A stretch of 59,805 nucleotides of DNA, filler included, from Sphacelaria rigidula (taxonomy: Eukaryota), in NCBI GenBank assembly GCA_964200075.2. It is 9 parts of 9 records of this genome, joined end to end, with 100 filler letters (N's around TTAATTAATTAA, not from the genome) between each part and the next. Parts side by side here need not be neighbours in the genome. Positions count along the whole stretch, not along the records: positions 33,283 to 39,838 come from CAXNAA020019367.1; positions 39,939 to 46,494 come from CAXNAA020019368.1; positions 46,595 to 53,150 come from CAXNAA020019369.1; 6 more parts are not named here. One strand, given 5' to 3'. Positions 37,028 to 49,109 of the stretch are shown here, piece after piece. The position numbers and the translations under genes are program-made. Under the pieces are notes generated by a model. The model was not told where the DNA came from. It was given only the letters and a program-made list of their open reading frames with translations, and did no database searches. Numbering within the stretch: the stretch's first letter is position 1; each line of letters begins with the position of its first letter.

Positions 37028-37380
37028 TGTGTGCTGTCGTCCCATTTATTCTGGGCGCCAGTCTACACCTTTCGGTACTGTGGGCGCACCAGCCGGGGTC
37101 ACACAGGAGGAAGGTCAACACAGGGTTTTTTATTTTTTTATTTGTTTTTAGTACTTCACCTTCCTTCTGCGGTGCTTGCCTATATTTTCTATCACGAGAG
37201 GGGTTCAGCACTCCCTCTCCGTCGTCGACCATTGAGCCAAATTTTTGTATACCCACGACATAGTCGCTCTCCACTGTTGGGCATGGTGTCGGAAAAAATC
37301 CCAGATAGCTCCAGGAATTGAACCCCACTACTCAACCGTCAGAGGATTTCGAGGTTACCAACTGAGCCACCGGGGCGACC
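37028..37380 (-). mobile_element. tRNA-derived SINE, tandem copy 2
   Basis: Minus-strand head CCGGTGGCTCAGTTGG...GGGTTCAATTCC. Confidence 0.8.
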
Positions 37381-38004
37381 GGATACACCCCACATTTCCC
37401 CGCCACTCGTCACGTGTAACCCAAGAAAACCAACACTTGCATACGACGGACGGATCATGATCCGTCTGAAAAATTAGTTTTTCTCAGTAAGCTTATCCGG
37501 ATCGGTTGGTCACCCTTTCTCATGTCTGCTCCTTACAGCGCCGGACGCCGAGCACGCCGAGTAGCGCAGGGGTTGCGTTTTGGCTTTTCTGACTCCGCGG
37601 TCACATGTTGTGTCTCTTTGGGCTAACACAGTAAAGAGCCTTCTTTGATTGCTTGTTTCAGACAGATCACCATTATGTCCTCTGTGTGAAGACTTGCGAT
37701 GTGCTCGGGACTCCGCGAGTTGCCTATTTTTGTCATCGCATTTTCCCCCTGGGCATAAAAACAGGCGCTCGGAGCGGATCTGTGTTACCGTGACGATGAT
37801 GAGCACGCGGCGGGCTCACTGGGCAAGAGCAAGGGGATCACCGGCACTTTCTTGAAACATGACGAATGGTCAATCACTCAATCGCTCAATAAACCAAACC
37901 AACCGAAACCAATCAATCAACCAATTAATCAATCAACCAGGAACAATCAATCACCGACCAATCAAGTGGAGGCAAAACCTAGCTCCGCCCAGAAACATCG
38001 GCCA

Positions 38005-38148
38005 CCTGCCACCGCCGTCCCGGTGGGCTACATTAAAACGGTACAAATCCCAACATGTATACAGTCATAGTGAGGCCCTGCCACCGCCGTCCCGGTGGAC
38101 TAAATGAAAACGGTACAAATCCCACCATGTATACAGTCACAGTGAGGC
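38005..38148 (+). repeat. 72-bp tandem duplication
   Basis: CCTGCCACCGCCGTCCCGGTGG...GTATACAGTCA.AGTGAGGC occurs twice. Confidence 0.9.
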
Positions 38149-38452
38149 GAAAATCAGAGGCGGGCTAACCCCAGCTTGTTCGGCACCATTAAGCAACAGT
38201 CGAACCATATTTGTTTTCGTCAAACTATAACATTAAACCGTAACCCCCACCCCGACCCAAGGCGGGACCGAGGACCCTCGCGCAAAGGGGGTGACTATGC
38301 ATATGTTCCCCAACCAATGTACGCTTCGTTTCGACTCGAATCGGCGCCCCAGGCGCCGACTTGAGCCGAAATTCGTGCTGCACACGCTGGAGGCGAGCGC
38401 TTGGGATTGTGAGCCCATGAAAATATCCGAATACCGTGGTCAATACTACAAC

Positions 38453-39483
38453 TAGAGTTGTGAACTGGGTTGACCAGCTAGTTAACTGGTTGCAAAACAT
38501 TACATCCAGTTACAGTTATCAGTTGAAACTGGATAACTGATGGCGGAACCGCCCCGCGACTCCACCAGCGTTGCCTGGTAAGGCAACCCGACAGAGGTGA
38601 ACGCCCCCCCCCCCCCTCCCGGCTGCTCCGTCTCGGAAGGGATGCGTGGTCAACGGTCACACGACTAAGGTAACAAATGGGTACGTCCTCCCCCCCTCCC
38701 CACGGCTGGTGAGGGGGCCCCGCCAGAGGAAAGAAAAGTACGCCATTTGGCTTCAAATCTCTTCAAAGTTGCGGGAAATCCTAGCCATTCAGCGCCAGCA
38801 ATTCGAACACGTCATCAGTGCACAAATGTATAGTGTACGAGGGAAAAACAAAAACCACTGAACATTCCGACGTGAAATAAAAAACCGAAGCGGTGGAACA
38901 CTAGTGCAGCAGACATAGTGTTCCGCGTGTACCACCCAAGCACCAGGCACGACTAGTAGCACGACAACTTGGTGGCGTTATTGAGTGTGACTTCATTAGC
39001 CAGGGAAAATTAACGAAATTCTCGACTCTTCCTCATGCTTCGGCATCAAATTGGTCAGCCACCACTGAACAATTATAACGCTTGAAGCCGGCAGAATAAA
39101 GCAAAGAACACACAACAACGCTACGAAACGCCGCCTTGCTTCACATTTCAGATCCGCTCAATCGAAGACTGTCCGTGCCCAATCTCTGTTTTTTTCTTGT
39201 GTATTAGAATATATTGTCTGCGATACTTGTGTTTCATCTAGGTGTGTGCGCCGTGCGGTCATATATTCGTCTCTGTAACGGCGTCCCCACGGCCATTGTA
39301 GAACGAAAACCCTTCAGAAATGTTGACTTGAGTATGACACATATGTACACAGAAAACGTTGGAGAATGGCACATACGTCAGGTGAAATAACTGGTTCAAC
39401 TGGTGACAAAACCGAGCAGTTGACCAATTGCACCAGTATAATCGTAACTGGTCAGTTAAACTGGCAGCCAGTTCACAACTCTA
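38453..39483. mobile_element. Non-autonomous hAT-like element, 1031 bp
   Basis: Perfect 16-bp TIR TAGAGTTGTGAACTGG / CCAGTTCACAACTCTA; flanks ACTACAAC / ACTGAAAC (6/8, possible 8-bp TSD); subterminal AACTGG/CCAGTT clusters. Confidence 0.8.
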
Positions 39484-39838
39484 ACTGAAACCAAGTATAA
39501 AATCAACCATCGCATGCACGGCGCCCGACTGAGGTACCGTAGGTTACTCTACTGCAGAATCTAGTTTCCGCCGTAGACGGAAAGTAGGGCCTCAAGTAGT
39601 AGGGGAAGTTCCACGAGAGTTGACAGGGTGCGGAAAGTGCTGACTTACTATAGTCCTCCAAAGCAAAAATTCAGTCATGTACAGTGGAAGAGATGGGTTG
39701 ATCCCTTGAAATAAACTACGGACTCGTCCCGAGGAGAGGGAGATGGTGAAAAGGATGGCCGAACCATGGGGGGGGGGGGGGGGGGGTTCTCCTGTGTTTT
39801 TTTCCTTTGTCTGTTGACCATTGACCACGCCTCCCTTT

Positions 39839-39938
39839 NNNNNNNNNNNNNNNNNNNNNNNNNNNNNNNNNNNNNNNNNNNNTTAATTAATTAANNNNNN
39901 NNNNNNNNNNNNNNNNNNNNNNNNNNNNNNNNNNNNNN
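39839..39938. other. Artificial contig linker
   Basis: Same 100-bp spacer. Confidence 0.98.
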
Positions 39939-40101
39939 TGAGTGATTTTAGAAATAAAAAAAAAAAAAAAAACAGCTGCTGTGTACGATTTTCGTGAAGG
40001 TAAGCTGCCTGGTATGAAAGAAAAATGTTTTTTTTTTTTTGTATTTTTCTACACTTTGTTTTTCGACTTTTTTTTCTGCTCGAACCGCAACATTTCAATT
40101 T

Positions 40102-41000
40102 CACGGCCCACAATCTGAAATCATGAAAAAGTATCCGGCTTGACCATTTTTTCGGAGTTCTTCGTGCGGTCGACGATTTCGGTGAAAAAGTCGTCCCGCC
40201 CGGAAGTCACGTTCCACCCGGAAAATCATGCATACGCCTCGCCCGGAAGTCGCGGCCCGCCCGGCAGATCCCGTACACGTCCCGCCCGGAAGTCACGTCC
40301 CTCCCGGAGGACCCCGTACACGCCCCGCTCGGGAGTAACGTCCCGCCCGGAGGTGACGTCACGCCCGTCAGACCCTGTACATGCCCCGCCCGAAAGTCAT
40401 GTCCCGCCCGGAAGACCTGGTACACGCCCCGCCCGGCAGTCACGTCCTGCCCGGTAGACCGCGTACACGTCCCGTCCGGAAGTCACGTCCCGCCCGGCAG
40501 ACCCCGTACACGTCCCGCCCGGAAGTCGCATCTCCCCCGGAGGACCCCGTACCGTTCATTCTCACGGCCCACAGTCTGAAATCATGAAAAAATATCCAGC
40601 TCGACTGTTTTCGGAGTTTTTCGTGCGGTCGACGACTTCGATGAAAAAGTTGTCCCGCCCGGAAGTCATGTCCCGCCCGAGGGACCCCGTACACGCCCCG
40701 CCCGGAAGCGACGTCCCGCCCAGGAGATCCTGCATACGCCCCGCCCAGAAGTCACGTCCCGCCCGTAGGGCCCCGCACACGCCCCGCCCGGAAGATCCTG
40801 CACACGCCCCGCCCAGAAGTTACCCGTCAGACCCCGTACATGCCCCGCCCAGAAGTTACCCGTCAGACCCCGTACATGCCCCGCCCGGAAGTCAGATCCC
40901 GCCCGGAAGTCACGTCTCACCCGGGAAATCCCGTATACACCCCGCCCGTAACTCATACCCCGCCCGTAAGATCCAGTACACGCTCCGACAAGAACTGACG
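40102..41000 (+). repeat. GC-rich ~40-bp minisatellite within two ~460-bp direct repeat units
   Basis: CGCCCGGAAGTCACGTCCCGCCCGG..GACCCCGTACA units; ~95-bp leader repeated at 40102 and 40563. Confidence 0.9.
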
Positions 41001-41469
41001 TCCCAACCGGATGTGCTGGACATCTTGGGTGAAAAAGAAAAAAGCGCTCGAGGCAGAGTTCGAACGCCGTACGTCCTTTTGCAAGCCAGGAGACATGGAG
41101 TGATACAGTGAAAGTGAGACGATAAAATGAAGTGATGGCATGAACGTTCTCTAGAAGGCCTACAACACGCCTGCACAATGTGCATCCTTCAATTCCCAAT
41201 GGCGGCGAGAGAACCTCCCGAAAAGCGGAACTTCGTATTATACGCACGGTACATGTAGGTGAAGTCAATGCTACTAACTGTAACAGATATGGCACACATC
41301 ATTCCCATCGTCCATCAATCCAGAAATAAACCATTTACAATATCGCCATCGAGGCCAATGGTAGCGATCTAGTCCGTCTTACCAGTAACCGCCTACAACT
41401 TTACGTCATATGTACACGTCCGTACGATACATCCCCCCGATCCTGCGTCGATCAATAAAATCTTCCACA

Positions 41470-42223
41470 CCCTGGACAATACAATATGTAATATACATTG
41501 CCCGCTCAATATATCGACGCGTCGGGCGGTCAATATATATTGGGCAAGCAATATGATGACACGAGAGAGGGTCAATATATATTGTGCCATCAATATATCA
41601 AGGCTCGCGACATGCAATATATATCGACCGAACAATATATCACGACACGCGCCACCTCAATATATATTGGCCGAGTAATATGTTGGTGCGAGAAGGCAAC
41701 AGTATATATTTGTCGTGTTATATATTTGCTGCCACCCGAGGTCAATATATATCGACGATTCAATATACTCGACACCTGAAGCGCCAATATATATCGCCGG
41801 CCCAATATGTCGTGCGTCAATGCGTCCAATATATGTTGGGCGGACAATACACGAGGAAACCGACGGTCACAATACATGTTGGTGTAGCAAAAGATATTAA
41901 TTTTCAACATAGATTGGAAAGTGTATTGGAATTAGTATCGTGCGCAGTTCTTTGTTCGCGGGCACCATTCAAAGACGTATGTTACATGCCGAAAATGCTC
42001 AATGTATTCCTCCGCAAGCGTGTTCGATATATGTTGGCTGCACAATAGCTATCCGATCAACGTGCGCAATATATATCGGAAAAACAACACTTCTGCATGG
42101 TTTGCGTTCAATATATATTATGGTAACAATATGCCACGCATCGCCTCGGCTCGATATATATTGACACTTCAATACATACACGGCCGGCATGCGCAATATA
42201 CATTGAATGTTTTATTCTCGGGG
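41470..42223. repeat. Phased 42-43 bp array of CAATATATATTG palindromes with variable spacers; possible TIR element
   Basis: Motif at 41489, 41531, 41573, 41615, 41658, 41700, 41743, 41785, 41827, 41870 and 42025, 42067, 42109, 42152, 42194. Confidence 0.85.
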
Positions 42224-43304
42224 CAACTGCATGTCTGTTCCGGATTTATCGGTTATGGTCCAGTCGAGTAGATTCCGTGTGTCGTACTCTTGCGTTGTCT
42301 AGCCCGACAGGTCATGGGCCATTCTGAGTTTGATTGATTTCGAGGGTGCCCCCTACTCGGGCACAGTCTTTTGAGAACTTATCTCAACGCGCGATTAGCA
42401 GCTACCAGCCGGTTGCCAATAGTACAAGAAGCATCAACACGATCACGGACTGCTATCTCAGAGGAGTCTTTGGTCTTCACAAATGTAAGCCCGCATTGCG
42501 CGCATCATATGGGTCTTGTCTACGGCGTAAACCATGGACAGGCGCCTGGTCATTAATGTGTGGGTTGACTCCCCACCTGGCAAATCGAGCTCAATAGCTT
42601 CGATACTAATGATTGTGTTTGAGCCTGCTAGCCTGGTGCCCACTGGACTGGCACCATTCCCACTTCGAGTATCGAACCATGACATGGTGTCCATCCGTGC
42701 TTGTGTAGAGTCAACTCCGGCATGACCCCCAAAGGAGTAACATGCGCCTCCGTAAACTTTTTTTGTGGGGAGGCTCGAGATTTCATTTTGTCGCGTCACT
42801 AGACTTATATATGGTAAATAGTGTGCCTTGCACAAATGGGAGAAAATCCACACAGCAACAGACGCCCTTCTTTCCACGAGTACGAAACAACACAACCGCG
42901 CTGCTTCACAGTTGCGTGCACTGATTGTTTTCAATAGCAAAAACAACTGCACCAGGATATGCTTGTACTGCAATTACGCGGAACAGTACAGAGTGAGCAT
43001 GGACTAGGTAGGCTTTGTCCTCCTGTCTGTTCGTGGTATTGCGTTGTTGCCCGCCGCATTGCACTGCGTTACATACAACTCAAGCAGAGCGCCACCAATG
43101 GCTTTATGCACGAGTTCATCAAGGATGGTGCATTAGCACGCCACGGCAGACGTTCAAAGCAAAAGTGAAATAACCTAGCCAAAACAATTGATAAACGGCA
43201 TAAAGGTCGAACGAGATTGCACGAGTCAACGAACCAGAGGGCCTACAATTACATCGGGGTGTTTTGGGACATCAAGTTCCAGACAGCTCCGGAAGCTGCA
43301 CAGC

Positions 43305-43765
43305 CGCGTTGTTGTTATCCGTTGTTGTGGCTGTTCGTTGTTTGTTTGCTGCGGTTCGTTGTTGTCCTTTTTGTTTGTTATTGTGCTGCTGCTACCATCT
43401 GTGGCTGTTTGTTGTTTGTTTGCTGCGGTTCGTTGTTGTCCTTTGTTTTTGTTATTGTGTTGCTGCTACCGTCTGTCGCTCTTGTTGTCGGCCGTTGTTG
43501 TTGTTGGTAGTGGTGGCGTTGCTTCTGCCTGTTATCGTTTGCTGTTGTTACGGCCGCTGCGGTCGCTGCTGCTTTGCTGTGTTGCTGTCGCTTTTGTGGC
43601 TACTATAAACTTTCATGTTGCAGTTGCTGCGGCTGTTTCCGCTGTGCTGTCAGTTACCCTGCTGTGTGGTTACTATTCCGCCTAAAGAACAATGCAATTT
43701 TGTTCTGCTGCTCGGCGGCTACTGTCCCGATTTTGTTTTGCTGCTCTGCGGTTACTGCCCCGCCT
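43305..43765 (+). repeat. (GTT/GCT)-rich low-complexity tract with an internal ~75-bp duplication
   Basis: Visible degenerate triplet repeats. Confidence 0.85.
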
Positions 43766-44589
43766 GAGGCTAGGCGTTGCGATGTTTGACTTTACCGCCC
43801 ATGGGTAGTTGTACCCTGTTGGCTATCGCACTGCCTGTTCAGCCCTCATGTGCGCGTAATGCCTCTTACACCGGCATGTAAAGTCACGAGTAGTTTCCCA
43901 CTCGCGTAGTTTCCCACTCTGCTGCTTGTACGGTGCCCCACTTTGACCGCATGAGCTTTTACCGATGAACGATTGTCATCACCATATGTGCCTAAATTGT
44001 TACACCGAGGTCCCCACGCATCTGTTCCCCTGAAATGCACCTCCTCGTGATGATGAGACGTTGTTCGCCGTTGTGGCCTACCCACACACTATAGTAGCTT
44101 TCCCTGCATCGCGTCACCATTATCCCTTTTGGTCGGGATCACACATGTCACTAATTGTGTGTACGGGTTGGCCGGGAATTTTGAAATTCGTTCTGAACCC
44201 GCTGCTGCCCGTACTGTTCATCACTGCGGTTGCTTTGATTGACGACAATCCTTTGATGACCAACCTTTGAGGACCGATCCTTCTCGACTGATCAGTTTCA
44301 AAAATGGAAAAGCATCATGAGTGAGTCCTTGCAAAAGATGATCAGTCCTTCAACGCTGACCACGCTAATTGTCATTGAAAACATTTACTAATCCACGTGA
44401 TGCCTCCGTTCTCCCCCCTTCTGTCCTGTCGGCGTCCTTTTCCCTTTCTCGGCCGTTGTTATCGGTTTCCGTTCCCTTGCCTCATACTGGTATGGGGCAA
44501 ACAAAAACTGTGTCGCTGCGCATCTCTGCTTTCTTCGATCACATCTCATTTTGACCATGGGAGTTGACGAAACACACGCGCCCCGCCGA

Positions 44590-44657
44590 TGTTTGATGCT
44601 GTACTGTTTGATGCTGTACTGTTTGATGCTGTACTGTTTGATGCTGTACTAGTTGAT
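44590..44657 (+). repeat. 15-bp tandem repeat (TGTTTGATGCTGTAC) x4.5
   Basis: Four exact copies just upstream of the gag-like ATG. Confidence 0.95.
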
Positions 44658-44683
44658 AAGTAAAGCAAAAAATAGAAAAAAAG

Positions 44684-46494
44684 ATGTCTGGCAGAGGCGC
44701 AGAAGGTGGTGACGGACGGGGAAGGAGGAACGGCAGACGCCGCTCAGACTTCAGGTTCTCCTCAGCACGCGGCAGTCGTTCCGATTCCCGGGACTCTCGC
44801 TCCCGCTCTCGCTTTCACCGCCGTGGTCGTAGCCGTTCCGATTCACGAGACTCCCGTGGCCCTCGCCGTAGCTCCCTCCGCCCCTCGCGCTCTCGTTCTA
44901 CCTTTCCTCGCCGCAACTTGTCCCGCGTGACTTACCGCTCCACGAGCCGTCCCAGAACGAACCGTGACAATCGGTCATCCAGGGACAGACACGAGACGGA
45001 GGGAAGCGTAAACAGGGAGGAAGGGGTGGAAGGGGCCGAAGCCAATCAACTGGCTAAGGTAAACAAACGGGTGCTGGATCGCATTGCGAACACCTCAAGG
45101 ATGCCAGTGTACACGGGCACTTTCCCAGGTAAGCTAACCATAGCGAACAGTGCAGTACTTCTTCAAGAAAAGATTTGGAGCACGTCGCGTCACGTGGAAC
45201 GTGCCGCGCTGAAGCTCCCCGAAGATGTACCGCTGGGTGGAGGAAGGTGGGGCACTAAAGTCGACAAGTACTCGCCCCGTCGCCGTGACTTACCCTTAGA
45301 CTTGCTTGCAAAGGGTAGCACTACTGCCACAGCCTTGCTATCGGGCACTGACGTTCGGGTGTACCTAATCTCAGGAGGATCGGAAATTGTCCGCCATGAG
45401 CAGGTAACGGCTGCCGATTGGTTGCGTCTGTTGGTGCGTGAAAAAGCTCTTAACAGTAACTCCGCCGAAAATGCACGAGAGGCGTTGAAGGAGATTACAC
45501 TGAAAAGCGGTGAATCTTGGGAGCATGTGGCTGAGCGAGTTTTGTTGGCTTATAAAGCCACCCTAGCTTGCGCAAGCCGTCCGCATGCCACTGAGACTGA
45601 CGTTTTCTGGACTCATCACGGAAGAGCAACTGAACGAACTATGTGAATGCATCGTCCGAGCCGTCTTGCCCGATGAAGCGCGCAGGGAGGGCATGCAATC
45701 AATGCTCCACGAGAAAATGAGCGTAGCAGACACCAAGCTCGCCGACATAGCAGAGGAGCTGCAAAACCCCCTGGGGGGACCTATGCGCTGCCGTGGTGAA
45801 GTGGCAAAAGGGTTGTACGAAGAGTTTATCAAAGTTCTCACTGCGCGCTCCTCGTCACATTACAGGAAGCCCGTCCAGAAAAAAACAAGTCGCACGGTAG
45901 GGCCAGATCGTCTTTTTTCCCTAGAGGATATTCAACAAATGTTCCCCGCGCAATTCGCTGCGCTCCGCGGTGGAAATGAAAGATTGATGCCCCGTCTTGC
46001 CGCAGACCCTGCGTCCGCTTCCAGAATCTTACCACAGATAGAGTACGCGCAACCACAACCGCAGTCGAGCAAGTGTGCTCAGCAGCAGACACTGGCCCTG
46101 GCGGCAGCATTCAACAACACACCAGGGGCCATCCCAGGACAGCACGGTGTACCTTTCGTGGAGCAGAAGCAACGGTCGGCCAGAGAAGTTCAGAATCAAG
46201 GTTGGGCAGCGGCCGCGAAAAAAGTGTCTTCGTCGCATGCTGCAACACCCCGGCCTTCAAGTTCATCCTCGGCTGGGAGCACCCGTGACGATCAAGCCGC
46301 CCTCTCCCCGACTGGCGACCGAGACGAGGTCATCGATTACCTCCGCACGAACAAGATCTGCTTCGGTCACGCTTTCACAGGTACCTGCCGCCGCCGTGAC
46401 GGCACTCCCTGTCCGTACACGCACGGCATTATCTCGCCTGCTCACTACAGGAACGTCCGGGCCCGCCGAAGAGCCGCTGTCCCCCGAAAGCGCC
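44684..46494 (+). pseudogene. gag: Retrotransposon gag-like ORF with RS-rich N-terminus and CCCH zinc finger; one frameshift at ~45610; truncated by the contig end
   Basis: Two overlapping long ORFs (44684-45646 and 45585-46494); homologous blocks to the gag at 8700-9520; C-x8-C-x7-C-x3-H at 46359-46424. Confidence 0.72.
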
Positions 46495-46594
46495 NNNNNN
46501 NNNNNNNNNNNNNNNNNNNNNNNNNNNNNNNNNNNNNNTTAATTAATTAANNNNNNNNNNNNNNNNNNNNNNNNNNNNNNNNNNNNNNNNNNNN
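46495..46594. other. Artificial contig linker
   Basis: Same 100-bp spacer. Confidence 0.98.
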
Positions 46595-46662
46595 AAGTAG
46601 TCGGCCCCAAAAATGGCCGTTCTTTTCCCCGAAAAAAACGGCCATTTTGGGGCCGACTACTT
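46595..46662. repeat. Hairpin at contig start
   Basis: AAGTAGTCGGCCCCAAAAATGGCCGTT...AACGGCCATTTTGGGGCCGACTACTT. Confidence 0.8.
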
Positions 46663-46754
46663 TTTTTGCAGCCGTTCGGCGGCATGGTTCAAGCACGAGC
46701 TGCGAATTTCAAACACATTTTCTTGACCCAAAAAACATGTAGAGTTAATTAAAA

Positions 46755-46825
46755 AAAAACAATCGGACATCGTTAAGGGCCCGTACAAATTTAGGTACCT
46801 TTACTTATGGGACAGAGGAAGTCGT
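46755..46825 (-). repeat. Interspersed repeat shared with 19795-19870
   Basis: CTTATGGGACAGAGGAAGT is the reverse complement of ACTTCCTCTGTCCCATAAG; flanks also align. Confidence 0.7.
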
Positions 46826-49066
46826 GTTCAGTCCATCGCTCCATGGGCACATTGACGATATCCGGAGCCCCGGGCCTTCGCAACCCTGTCAGCTTAAGGT
46901 TCAAATCCTGCTGATGATGTATCATGCCATGAATCGAACGCCCAAATGTCTTGTTCCTGAAGCGGATATTCCACCTTTGAACCACTGAACGTTCATGAAG
47001 CTGACATGTGACCCCATAAAGCGCTCACTGTTTCGAAGGTCAAATACCCGCTTCATAAACAAGCCGGGCTGAACCTTTGCACCTCAGGTTCACTATAATC
47101 GACGCTGCTTCCCCGGAGGTATCAGCAATTTTCAGACTTTTTGGATTCTGCGTTCAGACTTACTTCTCTGAAACGAAACGGCTTGATTTTCCCTCCGAAG
47201 CTTCGTTTTTGGAGAAATCCGAAAAATTCGGGCTGCAACGCAGCACTTCGACTAGGTGCGCTCTGTGTGTACGCCGTGATGGTCGCAAGCGTTCGAGGGT
47301 CACCAGGTGCCTCGCCAGTCCCGAGAAATTTGGAAACACCCGGAAAAAAGCAGTGTCGATAACAAAAGGCTCATACTCTGTTGAAAGTTCATTCCGCACA
47401 TATCCTAATTTCACGTGACAATAACCCCCTCTGTGTGGCGTGATTTGCCTTTGTTTTCGTTTGTTTTTTCCAGGGCGATGGGTGATTGCAACACTGCCAG
47501 CGGCCTATCTCTACCCGCAGGAACGACGACCAACGATGGGCAAGTTCTCGCGATTGCCGACGCTTTGTCTCTGCACGAGGGCGTCGACCAAGCATCCGGG
47601 TGCACGATTCCCTGCGCGCTGTCCCCCAGCAGTTGCTCCGATGGCAGGAACGGCTTGCCGTAGGGTGCCGCACTTGATGCTCCCGTTTCTTCACAGTAGG
47701 GACCGCACGGACCGGGAAGCTAGTCGACGTTTGTTCAACAATGGAAGAGTTTTTTTCTCACACCTGATGCACAGTCTGAACGGTGTGGCGAAAAAGACTA
47801 ACTGTAAATCGTTGGTTGAGGGTTCTAGTTTGAATCGTTATTGATGAACGTGCGTTTTGTTTCGAAAATACGGGTTCGCTTGAATCGCAAGCCTGGTTTG
47901 TCGACACTCACGAGAGCGGGACCGCGTGGTTTAGCTTTTACAAACGAGTACGCATTGAATGTGCTATGCCCTTGGTGGTGAACGTTGACCGTTTTAGCGC
48001 CCCCGGCCTGGTGCGGCTCTCGACAGTCCCGTCGAGGGGGACGATGTTGTAGACGAGGATAAGCTCAGCATGACGCCCGGGCGCCACAATGATTTTTCGT
48101 ATTTTATTTCTCGACTACTAGGAGCTAAGCAACCTCCATGACCTACTTGCTATCTTTGAAAAAAAAGCTGGAATCGTAGTAGGTCAGGAGGCGCTGGACG
48201 AGATGAGAAACGTCACAAATCTTGTAGTGCCCAGCACATGGATTTAGATTTACTTCTCGGTGGAACGGATTGTGTACGGAAGGACCCATCGACATCACTG
48301 GATGACCCCTGCATTTTTATTTTAATGAGTTACGTGACTGCGTAAAAAGTTTCCCTTGTATGTTACTTTCTCTTGAGGCCCTGGACTAGCGGCGGTGGAG
48401 TATATTTAGTTGAACCTTTTCGGCAGAAAAAGGAGGCGTTCATAAACGCCGCAGAGCCCTGCCCGTGTGTTGAGGATTGCATGAGGTGAAAATTTAATTT
48501 TTTGCAGGGGTGACGAGCTCTCCCGGGAATGTTCGGCTGCCTTGGGACTGACTATGTTAATGCATTGTACAGAGTGGCGGTCAATGTTGTCCAGATTATT
48601 TGATTGGTGAATGAGTGGTGCGGTGCCCCGACGCAGGCCTTGCGGAGAGTATGCTTAGGATTCATGGTATAGCCAGAGCTGTGGGTGGAGTGGAAGTATT
48701 TCGTATTTTTCGTGCAGTTGCCAAACTCTGTTTCAGCGGTCTTGCTCATGCGTGCTAACTAGCGGGAGTATATGTGCTGTGATGTATATGTGGGGAGTAG
48801 AACTTGAGAGCTGCCTGCTCAGACGCGTTATATAAACATAACCGAGTACTAGACCAGGATCCTATAGTAGGAATTGATCTGCACCGATCCTTGACTTGTG
48901 CTGTACAGGCCATCCACGAACACGTCGTGTGTTGTCATCTGAGACTACGTGGTACACGATGAGCATTTCTGGTGTGTAATTTTATCGCGGGTGTTACAGG
49001 TTTAGGCGGGAAACGTACCCATAAGCATAGGCATATTCATGGGGTGAATGATTTGTTGGGAGGGCT

Positions 49067-49109
<43 letters not shown>

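Noticed and set aside
40140..41295. Pro/Arg-rich ORFs
   Set aside because: Produced by the stop-poor GC minisatellite.
41470..42223. True CRISPR array
   Set aside because: The conserved part is only ~12+6 bp and degenerate, spacers are under 20 nt, there are no cas genes or leader, and the context is eukaryotic; kept only as a phased array.
43188..43789. Hydrophobic Cys/Leu/Val-rich ORFs resembling membrane proteins
   Set aside because: Translation of (GTT/GCT) low-complexity sequence, open in several frames.
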